From contig JAABRA010000331.1 in the NCBI GenBank assembly GCA_011391155.1, forward strand, positions 43 through 64,042: a stretch of DNA of 64,000 nt, in the 5' to 3' direction. Shown here piece by piece: positions 7,898-16,054 of the stretch (positions within the stretch are counted from its first letter, which is position 1; every line of letters begins with the position of its first letter). Both the position numbers and the translations under genes were made by a program. The notes beneath the pieces were generated by a model. It searched no databases, was not told the DNA's origin, and worked only from the letters and a program-made list of their open reading frames with translations. This DNA is from Burkholderiales bacterium. Lineage in GTDB: Bacteria; Pseudomonadota; Gammaproteobacteria; Burkholderiales; Burkholderiaceae_C.

Positions 7898-7950
7898 ATC
7901 CACGGCGCAGCGACGCCGGGCTCAGCACCGCTTGCCAAGCGGCACCGGGC

Positions 7951-8334
7951 TCAGTACGTCGTGCCGTAATAGGCGTGGACGCTCTTTCCCCAGGTGGCAT
8001 CGGCCATGTTGGGCCAGTTGTCGGTGTCGAACCCGGGGGCGTCCTTCAGGCGCTCTTCGTTGATATCCATGACCACGCACTGCCTGTCGGTATCGACTGT
8101 CAGCGCACTCCACGGCACGGCAAACAGCTTTTCGCCGAGGCTGAGGAAGCCGCCGAAAGACAACACGGCGTAGGAGACCTTGCCGCTGTCGAGGTCCAGC
8201 ATCAGGTCCTTGATATTGCCCAATTTGTCGCCGCCCAGGTTGTAGACGTCGTCGCTGGCGAGCGAACTGGCACTGAGCATCCTGGATCGAAGGCGGTCGG
8301 GAATGATGGATTGGGTCGTGATCGAATCGTTCAT
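7951..8334 (-). CDS. PRC-barrel domain protein
   Basis: 127 aa. SSLASDDVYNLGGDKLGNIKDLMLDLDSGKVSYAVLSFGGFLSLGEKLFAVPWSAL is typical of PRC-barrel proteins. Confidence 0.75.
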   Translation of the reverse strand: MNDSITTQSIIPDRLRSRMLSASSLASDDVYNLGGDKLGNIKDLMLDLDSGKVSYAVLSFGGFLSLGEKLFAVPWSALTVDTDRQCVVMDINEERLKDAPGFDTDNWPNMADATWGKSVHAYYGTTY

Positions 8335-8697
8335 GGTGTGTTCCTGGGGATGAAAGGGATGGAGGCGTCGGTGCCGGATACGGGATCCGGCAATTGACCA
8401 GGGCGAGGTTAGGCCGGGCGCCCGCGGGTGTCGGTGTGCTGGCGCCCATAGCGAGCAAGAAGTGGCAATTACCGGCAGCAGCCCACTTCGGGATTCATAT
8501 GGCCACGCTCATGGTGCGGGCGGCGGACTTTAGCCTGCGGCCCGTCGCCGCCCCTCAAGTGCTGGTCGGGGGCCACGCCGTCGCGCGACAGATGCAGTCA
8601 CACGGCGCCACGCGTTGCAGTGCAACATGATCCTTCCATGAATCCGTGTCCTGACCCGGTGGCACCCGTCCGACCGTCCGTAACCACTCTCATAGTA

Positions 8698-8752
8698 ATA
8701 GCTGAAAGCGACCCATCCACGCTGGGAAGTGCCCATAAAAGCTTGAAATCTA
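8698..8752 (+). repeat. dispersed intergenic repeat, clear copy
   Basis: ATAGCTGAAAGCGACCCATCCACGCTGGGAAGTGCCCATAAAAGCTTGAAATC. It shares the core, and the AAAAGCTTGAAA tail, with the copy at 56612. Confidence 0.75.
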
Positions 8753-8806
8753 CGATACCAAAGTCGCACCAGCCGGATTCGAGGGTAAACCCTAGTTTTT
8801 GACACA
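8753..8806 (+). repeat. dispersed intergenic repeat, diverged subfamily copy in tandem with the previous one
   Basis: ACGATACCAAAGTCGCACCAGCCGGATTCGAGGGTAAACCCTAGTTTTTGACAC. The GGGTAAACCC(T) block is shared with the copies at 13762 and 11336. Confidence 0.4.
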
Positions 8807-8879
8807 GGTCATGCTAGGATGACGCCTTCCAGCGCGCGTGCCCTGTGCCGCGCGAAGGGTTTCACCAAAGGTTGTTCCC

Positions 8880-10448
8880 ATGCCCCTGTCCGATCGCGTG
8901 CGCCACCCCGGCCTGTTCCAGAAAATCATGTCGGCCGACGCCGCCGCTGCGCTGATCCCGGCCGGTGCCAATGTCGGCATGAGCGGATTTACCGGTGCGG
9001 GCTACCCGAAGGCGGTGCCGCAGGCGCTGGCGCAGCGCATCAAGCTGCTGCACGCGGGCGGCGAGGATTTCCAGATCGGCCTGTGGACCGGCGCGTCCAC
9101 CGCGCCCGAGCTCGACGGCGCACTGGCCAAGGTGCACGGCATCGAGATGCGCCTGCCCTACCAGTCCGACCCGGCCGTGCGCAAGCAGATCAACAACGGG
9201 CAGATGCAATACACCGACATCCACCTGTCGCATGTGGCGCAGTTCGTGTGGTTCGGCTTCCTGGGCCACCTGGACGTGGCGGTGATCGAGGTGGCGGGCA
9301 TCCTGCCCGACGGCCGGCTGATTCCGTCGTCTTCGGTCGGCAACAACAAGACCTGGCTGGACCAGGCCGACGCCATCATCCTGGAGGTCAACACCAGCCA
9401 GAACCCGGCGCTCGAAGGCATGCACGACATCTATTACGGCACCGAGCTGCCGCCGTACCGCATCCCGATCCCGCTGCTCAGCGCCGGTGACCGCATCGGC
9501 GAGCCCTACCTGCGCTGCGACCCGGACAAGGTGATCGCCGTGGTCCATACGGAGTTGCCAGACCGCAGCAACCATTTCGCGGCGCCGGACGAGACGTCGC
9601 AGCGCATCGCCGGCCACATCATCGAATTCCTGCAGCAGGAGGTGACGGCTGGCCGCCTGCCGGCCGACCTGTTGCCGCTGCAGTCGGGCGTGGGCAACAT
9701 CGCCAACGCGGTGCTGGCCGGCCTGAACGACGGGCCGTTCAGGAACCTGACCGCCTTCACCGAGGTGCTGCAGGACGGCATGCTGGACATGCTGCGCTCC
9801 GGCACGCTGGCGATGGCGTCGGCCACGGCGCTGTCGCTCAGCGATGAAGCCACTGCCGACTTCAACGCCAACATCGAGTTCTACCGCGAGCGCATCGTGC
9901 TGCGATCGCAAGAGATGAGCAACCACCCCGAGCTGATCCGCCGCCTCGGCCTGATCGCCATGAACGCGATGATCGAGGCCGATATCTACGGCAACGTCAA
10001 CTCGACCCACGTCATGGGATCGAGCATGATGAACGGCATCGGCGGCTCGGGCGACTTCGCGCGCAATGCCTACCTGTCGATCTTCATGACGCCCTCGGTG
10101 GCCAAGGGCGGCTCGATCTCGTGCATCGTGCCGATGGTCTCGCACGTGGACCACACCGAGCACGACGTGCAGGTCATCGTGACCGAGCAGGGCCTGGCAG
10201 ACCTGCGCGGCCTCTCGCCCACCCAGCGCGCGCGCCTGATCGTGGAGCGCTGCGCGCATCCGGACTACCGGCCCGCCCTGCTGGAGTACATGGACCGCGC
10301 CCAGCGCGAGTCCTCGGGCCAGCACACGCCGCACCTGCTGGACGACGCGCTGGGCTGGCATTCGGGCTACCTGAAGACCGGCAGCATGATGGCCGGAGCT
10401 GCACGCGCCGCAGGGGCTCAGGCCCCATTCACGGCCATGGCTTGTTAA
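8880..10448 (+). CDS. acetyl-CoA hydrolase/transferase family protein (succinyl-CoA:acetate CoA-transferase-like)
   Basis: Starts at MPLSDRVRHPGLFQKIMSADAAAALIPAGANVGMSGFTGAGYPKAVP. It carries the family-typical SGVGNIANAV and GIGGSGDFARNA segments. Confidence 0.88.
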   Translation: MPLSDRVRHPGLFQKIMSADAAAALIPAGANVGMSGFTGAGYPKAVPQALAQRIKLLHAGGEDFQIGLWTGASTAPELDGALAKVHGIEMRLPYQSDPAVRKQINNGQMQYTDIHLSHVAQFVWFGFLGHLDVAVIEVAGILPDGRLIPSSSVGNNKTWLDQADAIILEVNTSQNPALEGMHDIYYGTELPPYRIPIPLLSAGDRIGEPYLRCDPDKVIAVVHTELPDRSNHFAAPDETSQRIAGHIIEFLQQEVTAGRLPADLLPLQSGVGNIANAVLAGLNDGPFRNLTAFTEVLQDGMLDMLRSGTLAMASATALSLSDEATADFNANIEFYRERIVLRSQEMSNHPELIRRLGLIAMNAMIEADIYGNVNSTHVMGSSMMNGIGGSGDFARNAYLSIFMTPSVAKGGSISCIVPMVSHVDHTEHDVQVIVTEQGLADLRGLSPTQRARLIVERCAHPDYRPALLEYMDRAQRESSGQHTPHLLDDALGWHSGYLKTGSMMAGAARAAGAQAPFTAMAC

Positions 10449-10464
10449 CGCCGAAGCCATTGAT

Positions 10465-10563
10465 GTGAAGCTCTTGCTGCACGAAAACCTTTCGCGTCGG
10501 GTGGTGCCATTTCTTCAGCATGACTACGCGGGCAGCGAGGCACCCGTTGAAATTTCTCCCTGA
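10465..10563 (+). pseudogene. remnant of a DUF5615/PIN-like (Mut7-C type) toxin gene, N-terminal about 25 codons only
   Basis: A GTG-initiated 32-codon ORF reads VKLLLHENLSRRVVPFLQHDYAGSEAPVEISP*. The (M/V)KLLLDENLS..L...L....yPGS signature is the usual N terminus of this family, and the rest is missing. Confidence 0.35.
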
Positions 10564-10650
10564 AAGCTGGAAGCGCTCCAGGTCCCTCGGGGAAATATCC
10601 ATCTCCATCGCAGCACGTACCGCCTTTCACGTCGATACGGCAGTGCTGGC

Positions 10651-10709
10651 GCCGAAAAGTTGCATCATTTTGGCTTAATCCCATTGCAGAATGGTCATTT
10701 TCAGCTATT
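10651..10709 (-). repeat. dispersed intergenic repeat, clear copy
   Basis: The reverse complement reads ATAGCTGAAAATGACCATTCTGCAATGGGATTAAGCCAAAATGATGCAACTTTTCGGC. The hairpin is GCCAAAA/TTTTCGGC. Confidence 0.75.
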
Positions 10710-10903
10710 GAAAAAGAAGTGAATTCGACGGATGGCGCTGGGTCAGGCGGGCTGGTGCCAGCACCGGCAGACGCTCTGCGATACTGCTCCCACCCGTCGG
10801 CCCGCCGTGGTTCGCTGAGCCCCGGGCCAGCCAGCCTGACCGGGCTTGAGGTGTTGCGCCGCGCGTCGGGGCCAGCCCTGCGGTTTTCAACAAAAGGTTT
10901 TCA

Positions 10904-11281
10904 TTGAGCCCCCCTGTCTGGCTAGTCGTGTCGGTCGCAGTCCTGGTGCTGCTTCTCTTTCTCTGCCTCGCTTCGACCAGCGCAAAGGGCGACGACCTGT
11001 CGTGGATCTGGCAGATTGCACTGTTGCTGTTTGCGCCCTGGCCGCTGGCCTTTTTGCCGGTGTATTCAAAGACCGCGGCGCTCTGGACGACTGGTGGGCT
11101 GGCGCTGGCCGTTATGACGCTGGTCGTGGCCGCGGACATGAATATTCCGAATGGCTCCAGGCTGCCGAAGGTCCTGGGTGTGATCACGATACCCTTGTCC
11201 TTACTGGTGCTGGGCCTGTACAAGCTCTTCGGGCTGATGGCCAAGCCGGTGTTTTTGATCGCCCGGCGGTTGCGGAAATAA
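10904..11281 (+). CDS. hypothetical small membrane protein (about 4 TM helices)
   Basis: 125-aa ORF with a TTG start (an internal GTG is possible) and hydrophobic segments throughout. Third-position GC is moderate. It lies between two same-orientation repeat copies. No family was recognised. Confidence 0.45.
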   Translation: MSPPVWLVVSVAVLVLLLFLCLASTSAKGDDLSWIWQIALLLFAPWPLAFLPVYSKTAALWTTGGLALAVMTLVVAADMNIPNGSRLPKVLGVITIPLSLLVLGLYKLFGLMAKPVFLIARRLRK

Positions 11282-11335
11282 CCGATCAGGGTCTGCCCGC
11301 CTGTGCAAAAAAGTCAAAAGCGAAGCACCCGACTA

Positions 11336-11385
11336 CGCAGATTCACGGACTAGGGTTTTCCCGGAACGGCGTCTAGAATCGCTAT
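11336..11385 (-). repeat. dispersed intergenic repeat, diverged subfamily copy
   Basis: The reverse complement reads ATAGCGATTCTAGACGCCGTTCCGGGAAAACCCTAGTCCGTGAATCTGCG. It shares ATAGCGA and GGG(T/A)AAACCCTAG with the copies at 13762 and 8753. Confidence 0.45.
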
Positions 11386-11443
11386 CCTTTCGAAAAAATG
11401 ACGGGCCGGACTTCTCTGGACGTCGCCACAACAGGAGACATGG

Positions 11444-13750
11444 ATGCCCGCCGATACCGCCCAGACGGAAGAAAAACGCGCCCAGTTGCGCCGCGCCGCC
11501 CTCGAATATCATGAGTTCCCCACGCCCGGCAAGATCTCGATCGCCGCCACCAAGCAGCTGGTCAACCAGCACGACCTGGCGCTGGCCTACTCGCCCGGCG
11601 TGGCTGCGCCCTGTGAGGAAATCGTCAAGGACCCGGCCACTGCGTTCAAGTACACCAGCCGGGGCAACCTGGTGGGCGTGGTGACCAACGGCACGGCCGT
11701 GCTGGGGCTGGGCGACATCGGTCCGCTGGCCAGCAAGCCGGTGATGGAGGGCAAGGCGGTCTTGTTCAAGAAGTTCTCGGGCATCGACGTGTTCGACATC
11801 GAGATCAACGAGAAAGACCCGGACAAGCTGGTCGAGATCATCGCCGCGCTGGAGCCCACCTTCGGCGGCATCAACCTCGAAGATATCAAGGCGCCGGATT
11901 GCTTCTATGTCGAGCGCAAGCTGCGCGAGCGCATGAAGATCCCGGTCTTCCATGACGACCAGCACGGCACGGCCATCACCGTGGGCGCGGCCATCCTCAA
12001 CGGCCTGAAGGTCGCCGGCAAGGATCCGAAGCAGATCAAACTGGTGACCTCGGGCGCGGGCGCTGCCGCGCTGGCCTGCCTGGGCCTGCTGGTCAAGCTG
12101 GGCATTCCACGCGAAGCCATCTGGGTGACCGACCTGGCCGGCGTGGTCTATGAGGGCCGCACCGAGTTGATGGACGAGGACAAGATCCAGTTCGCGCAGA
12201 AAACCGACGCGCGCACGCTGGCCGAGGTGATGGTGGGCGCCGACGTGTTTCTCGGCCTTTCGGCCGGTGGCGTGCTGAAGCAGGACATGGTGCGCACCAT
12301 GGCGGCGCGGCCGCTGATCTTCGCGCTGGCCAACCCCACACCGGAAATCATGCCCGAGCTGGTCAAGGAAGTGCGCAGTGACGCCATCATGGCGACCGGC
12401 CGCACCGATTACCCGAACCAGGTCAACAACGTCCTGTGTTTTCCGTATATTTTCCGGGGCGCGCTGGACGCCGGGGCGTCCACCATCACGCTGGAGATGG
12501 AGCTGGCGGCGGTGCATGCGATTGCCGAACTGGCGCAGGCCGAGCAGAGCGAGGTGGTGGCGGCCGCCTATGCCGGCGAGCAACTGGCCTTTGGGCCCGA
12601 GTACCTGATCCCCAAGCCTTTTGATCCGCGCCTGATGATGAAGATCGCGCCGGCCGTGGCGCAGGCAGCGGCAGATAGCGGCGTGGCCTTGCGCCCGATT
12701 GCCGACATGGATGCGTACCGCGAGCGGCTGCAGAGCTTTGTCTATGCCTCGGGCACGATGATGAAGCCGATCTTCCTGGCGGCCAAGCGCGCGCCGAAGA
12801 AGCGCGTGGCGTATGCCGAGGGCGAGGAGGAGCGTGTGCTGCGAGCCGCGCAGATCGTGGTGGACGAGTCTGTGGCCCGCCCGACGCTGGTCGGCCGCCC
12901 GGCCGTGATTGCCGAGCGCATCGGGAAATTCGGCCTGCGTCTGAAGGAAGAGCTGGACTACGACGTGGTCAACGTCGAGCTCGATCCGCGTTACCGCGAT
13001 TTCTGGCAGACCTATCACCGCATGACCGAACGCAAGGGCGTGACGGTGCAGCTGGCCAAGATTGAGATGCGCCGGCGTCTGTCGCTGATTGGCGCGATGT
13101 TGCTGCACAAGGGCGAGGTGGATGGCCTGATCTGCGGCACCTGGGGCACCACCGGCACCCACCTGGACTATGTGGACCAGGTCATCGGCAAGCGCGCGGG
13201 TGTCCACACCTTCGCCTGCATGAACGGCCTGATGCTGCCGGGGCGCCAGGTGTTTCTGGTCGACACCCACGTCAACTACGACCCGAGCGCAGAGCAACTG
13301 GCCGAAATCACCATGATGGCCGCTGAGGAAATGATGCGCTTCGGCCTGCGGCCCAAGGCCGCGCTGTTGTCGCATTCCAACTTCGGATCGTCCAGCCAGC
13401 CCAGTGCGCTGAAGATGCGCCGGGTGCTGGAGCTGCTGAAATCCCAGGCGCCGTGGCTGGAAGTGGACGGCGAAATGCATGGTGATGTGGCGCTGGACGG
13501 TGCCGCCCGGCGCACCCAGATGCCCAACAGCGCGTTGGCGGGTGATGCCAACCTGCTGGTGATGCCCAATATTGACGCCGCCAACATTTCGTACAACCTG
13601 CTCAAGACTGCCGCGGGCGGCAATATCGCCATCGGGCCGGTGCTGCTGGGCGCAGCCAAACCGGTGCATATCCTGACGGCCAGCACTACCGTACGCCGGA
13701 TCGTGAATATGACAGCTTTGACCGTGGCCGATGCCAACGCCGCGCGCTGA
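11444..13750 (+). CDS. maeB: NADP-dependent malic enzyme (malic enzyme domain fused to a phosphate acetyltransferase-like domain)
   Basis: 768 aa. Matching stretches are [65 protein letters not shown] and [10 protein letters not shown]. The C-terminal PTA-like half contains HSNFGSS. Confidence 0.95.
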   Translation: MPADTAQTEEKRAQLRRAALEYHEFPTPGKISIAATKQLVNQHDLALAYSPGVAAPCEEIVKDPATAFKYTSRGNLVGVVTNGTAVLGLGDIGPLASKPVMEGKAVLFKKFSGIDVFDIEINEKDPDKLVEIIAALEPTFGGINLEDIKAPDCFYVERKLRERMKIPVFHDDQHGTAITVGAAILNGLKVAGKDPKQIKLVTSGAGAAALACLGLLVKLGIPREAIWVTDLAGVVYEGRTELMDEDKIQFAQKTDARTLAEVMVGADVFLGLSAGGVLKQDMVRTMAARPLIFALANPTPEIMPELVKEVRSDAIMATGRTDYPNQVNNVLCFPYIFRGALDAGASTITLEMELAAVHAIAELAQAEQSEVVAAAYAGEQLAFGPEYLIPKPFDPRLMMKIAPAVAQAAADSGVALRPIADMDAYRERLQSFVYASGTMMKPIFLAAKRAPKKRVAYAEGEEERVLRAAQIVVDESVARPTLVGRPAVIAERIGKFGLRLKEELDYDVVNVELDPRYRDFWQTYHRMTERKGVTVQLAKIEMRRRLSLIGAMLLHKGEVDGLICGTWGTTGTHLDYVDQVIGKRAGVHTFACMNGLMLPGRQVFLVDTHVNYDPSAEQLAEITMMAAEEMMRFGLRPKAALLSHSNFGSSSQPSALKMRRVLELLKSQAPWLEVDGEMHGDVALDGAARRTQMPNSALAGDANLLVMPNIDAANISYNLLKTAAGGNIAIGPVLLGAAKPVHILTASTTVRRIVNMTALTVADANAAR

Positions 13751-13761
13751 AGGCGAAAAAG

Positions 13762-13823
13762 ATAGCGAGCACTAACTCACAGCTCGGGTAAACCCCTTCG
13801 AATTTGCCCAAGTTTTAGGCAAA
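13762..13823 (+). repeat. dispersed intergenic repeat, diverged subfamily copy
   Basis: ATAGCGAGCACTAACTCACAGCTCGGGTAAACCCCTTCGAATTTGCCCAAGTTTTAGGCAAA begins 11 nt after the maeB stop. The hairpin is TTTGCC (13803-13808) / GGCAAA (13818-13823). Confidence 0.5.
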
Positions 13824-13905
13824 CACTTGCATTTTTACGGCAGTTCGGTCACACTAGCCCTTGGAATTTCGGGGTTAACCCGGGGTTTTCATAAGGTGTA
13901 TTCGA

Positions 13906-14310
13906 ATGTTGCGAGCTGCATTTGGCGGAAAAAGTAAGTCTTTGCTCGCAGGTCTTCTGCTATTGGCCAGTCTGGCAAGCCCCAGTTTGGTGCATGCCCG
14001 AAAGCCGATACCCGCAGACAGCTTGGCAACGATGGCGGTGGCGGAATTGCCAGCGCAGGGGCTTCAGACTTACCGGCTGATCTTTGCGGGCGGGCCGTTT
14101 CCGTACAGCAAGGATGGCAGCGTGTTCGGCAATCGCGAGCGCCTGCTGCCCGCGCAGCAGCGCGGTTATTACCGCGAATACACCGTGAAAACCCCAGGTT
14201 CCCGGGATCGGGGGGCGCGTCGCATTGTGTGCGGCGGTCAACCCCGGCTGCCGGACGCCTGTTATTACACCAGCGACCATTACGCCAGTTTTCGCCGGAT
14301 TGTCGAATAG
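13906..14310 (+). CDS. secreted guanyl-specific ribonuclease (barnase/RNase Sa/N1-T1 superfamily)
   Basis: The signal peptide is MLRAAFGGKSKSLLAGLLLLASLASPSLVHA. Catalytic-core-like stretches are GGPFPYSKDGSVFGNRERLLP, YYREYTV, RGARRIV and YYTSDHYASFRRI. An AAGGTG Shine-Dalgarno sequence lies upstream. Confidence 0.85.
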   Translation: MLRAAFGGKSKSLLAGLLLLASLASPSLVHARKPIPADSLATMAVAELPAQGLQTYRLIFAGGPFPYSKDGSVFGNRERLLPAQQRGYYREYTVKTPGSRDRGARRIVCGGQPRLPDACYYTSDHYASFRRIVE

Positions 14311-14384
14311 GACGATTCAGCCCCGATTTGTCCGGCCCGCAAGGTCGCAACCAGTTTTTTGACTATTTAGAAAGAGCAGCGGAG

Positions 14385-14786
14385 ATGGATACGCCACTTC
14401 GTAATGTGAGAACCAATATCGTGCAGTCGATCCGCGCATTCCGCGTGAGCGACCTGCAGGAGGCTGCCCAGGGGCTCGGTCATCACTTTTTATACGCCAA
14501 CCTGGCTCCCGCGCAGAGCAAGCAGGACGTGCTGGACTTGATTGCCCAGCAGTTCACGTTTCCTGCGCATTTCGGCAAGAATTTTGATGCCTTGTACGAC
14601 TCCATGACGGATCCGCTGCACAAGTCGGGCCCGCAGCCCGGCTTCATCGTGGTTCTGGAGCAGGTGCCGGCCAACGGGAAATTCGACAAGGAGGCGCGCG
14701 AGCAGCTGCTGGACATCTTCCGCGACGCCGCCGACTACTGGGGAGACCGGAAGATACCTTTCAGGTGCTTCTATTCTTTTCTGTAG
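14385..14786 (+). CDS. barstar-family ribonuclease inhibitor
   Basis: 133 aa, located immediately downstream of the RNase gene. The stretches FTFPAHFGKNFDALYDSMTD and LLDIFRDAADYW are barstar-like. An internal ATG at 14385 is preferred over the long ORF start at 14229, which overlaps the RNase gene. Confidence 0.8.
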   Translation: MDTPLRNVRTNIVQSIRAFRVSDLQEAAQGLGHHFLYANLAPAQSKQDVLDLIAQQFTFPAHFGKNFDALYDSMTDPLHKSGPQPGFIVVLEQVPANGKFDKEAREQLLDIFRDAADYWGDRKIPFRCFYSFL

Positions 14787-14821
14787 CCCGTTCTGCACAC
14801 ACCAGCCAAGCAGAACGGGCT
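14785..14821 (+). terminator. 12-bp perfect stem-loop overlapping the barstar stop codon (no U-tract)
   Basis: AGCCCGTTCTGC (14785-14796) pairs with GCAGAACGGGCT (14810-14821), leaving a 13-nt loop. Confidence 0.5.
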
Positions 14822-15030
14822 AACGAGGCAAAAGGGGAGCCCAGTGCCAGCGTCGCCACAGGCGCCGAGCCGGTCACCGAAAACGGCGAAAAAATGCCCA
14901 CCAACCTGTTGGTGGACATTTCTCCGCTGGCGTTGCGCATGAGCAGCCCTTTCAACGCGGGGTATTGGCTCACGGCGGCCTGATCGCCGATCGGTCATCA
15001 GCGCTTCTGGCGCTGATTCCCCTGTAAGAG

Positions 15031-15058
15031 GCCCGTTCCCTGAACGGGCTTTTTCTTT
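15031..15058 (+). terminator. rho-independent terminator (plus strand)
   Basis: GCCCGTTC-CCT-GAACGGGC is followed by TTTTTCTTT. It is preceded by a second hairpin, ATCAGCGC-TTCTG-GCGCTGAT (14997-15017). Confidence 0.7.
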
Positions 15059-15094
15059 CAGCGTGCGATTCCGTGGGATCCCTCGGGGACGGGA

Positions 15095-15859
15095 TCAACC
15101 CGCCAGCGCCTGCGCCAGCGCCACATACTCTTCGACCGGCACCTCTTCAGCGCGGCGCTGCACGTTGAACGCGCCTGAAAAGGCCTTTTCCTCGAGCCAG
15201 CGACCCAGCGTGTGGCGCATCAGCTTGCGGCGCTGGCTGAACGCCACCCGGACAACGGTGGACAGGAGATCGGCGTCCACGGCCGCCGGCCGGGTGTGCG
15301 GCACCATGCGCACCACGGCGCTGTCCACGCGCGGCGGCGGATCGAAGCTCTCCGGCGGAACTGCCAGCACGTTCTCCATGGCGTAGCGCCACTGCAGCAT
15401 CACCGAAAGCCGGCCATAGTCGCTGGTGGCCGGCCGCGCCACCATGCGGTCGATGACTTCCTTTTGCAGCATGAAGTGCTGATCCTGGATCAGCTCGACA
15501 AACTGCAGGAGATGAAACAGGATAGGCGTGGAGATGTTGTACGGCAGGTTGCCAACCACTCTCAATTTGACAGCGTCTGATGGCCGCGGGATGTCGGAGA
15601 AATCAACTTTGAGGACGTCCGATTCGATCACGCTGAGCTGCGGATGGGCGCGCAGCCGCACCGCAAGGTCGCGGTCCAGCTCGATCACGGTCAGGTGACC
15701 GAGATGCTCCACCAGCGGCTGGGTCAGTGCGGCCAGCCCCGGCCCGATCTCCACCATGGCCTGACCCGCCCGCGGGTCAATCGCCTGGACGATTGCCGCA
15801 ATGACGCCGCGATCCGCCAGAAAATGCTGGCCAAAGCGCTTGCGGGGAATGTGTTTCAT
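15095..15859 (-). CDS. rsmA: 16S rRNA (adenine1518/1519-N6)-dimethyltransferase
   Basis: The start is [24 protein letters not shown]. Further matches are [10 protein letters not shown] and [17 protein letters not shown]. It sits in the classical position downstream of lptD-surA. Confidence 0.93.
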   Translation of the reverse strand: MKHIPRKRFGQHFLADRGVIAAIVQAIDPRAGQAMVEIGPGLAALTQPLVEHLGHLTVIELDRDLAVRLRAHPQLSVIESDVLKVDFSDIPRPSDAVKLRVVGNLPYNISTPILFHLLQFVELIQDQHFMLQKEVIDRMVARPATSDYGRLSVMLQWRYAMENVLAVPPESFDPPPRVDSAVVRMVPHTRPAAVDADLLSTVVRVAFSQRRKLMRHTLGRWLEEKAFSGAFNVQRRAEEVPVEEYVALAQALAG

Positions 15860-15867
15860 GCGGGCGG

Positions 15868-15890
15868 CGCAGCGGCAAGCGTGGGGGTCA
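15868..15890 (+). repeat. 23-bp imperfect direct repeat, copy 1 (CGCAGCGGCAAGCGTGGGGGTCA)
   Basis: 21/23 identical to 16026-16048. It lies directly upstream of the rsmA start. Confidence 0.8.
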
Positions 15891-16025
15891 GCGACCGCAG
15901 CGCCGGGCCGCCTCAAGCAAGGTCAGCCCCCCGGGGCTGAGTGCCGCGGCTCCCGATGTGCCTGCGGACATCGGGACGGCACGAAGGGCCTGCGCCTCTG
16001 GCGTTGGCACGTCCAGCGCAAAACA

Positions 16026-16048
16026 CGCAGTGGCAAGCGTGGGGGCCA
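16026..16048 (+). repeat. 23-bp imperfect direct repeat, copy 2 (CGCAGTGGCAAGCGTGGGGGCCA)
   Basis: 21/23 identical to 15868-15890. It lies directly downstream of the surA stop. Confidence 0.8.
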
Positions 16049-16054
16049 TCACTT

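Noticed and set aside
7928-7942. CCGCTTG-C-CAAGCGG palindrome between the convergent SOUL and PRC-barrel genes as a bidirectional terminator
   Set aside because: A one-nucleotide loop is impossible. The realistic stem is only 4-5 bp, and there is no U-tract on either strand. This is too weak to call, although CCGGGCTCAG is directly repeated on both sides (7915-7924 and 7945-7954).
8799-8820. Perfect TTGACA (8799-8804) upstream of the CoA-transferase gene as a -35 box
   Set aside because: There is no acceptable -10 hexamer at 16-19 nt. TAGGAT lies only 10 nt downstream. The hexamer is part of the repeat tail.
8862-10460. 532-aa minus-strand ORF
   Set aside because: It is antisense to the acetyl-CoA hydrolase/transferase family gene and has no motifs.
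11333-13669. 778-aa minus-strand ORF
   Set aside because: It is antisense to maeB, which is clearly recognisable along its whole length. The product has a shadow-frame composition (R, G, A, H, Q rich) with no motifs.
15860-16054. Possible pdxA pseudogene remnant between surA and rsmA
   Set aside because: No frame in the 195-bp gap shows PdxA-like sequence. Only a direct repeat and a palindrome were found, and these are reported separately as a low-interest observation.
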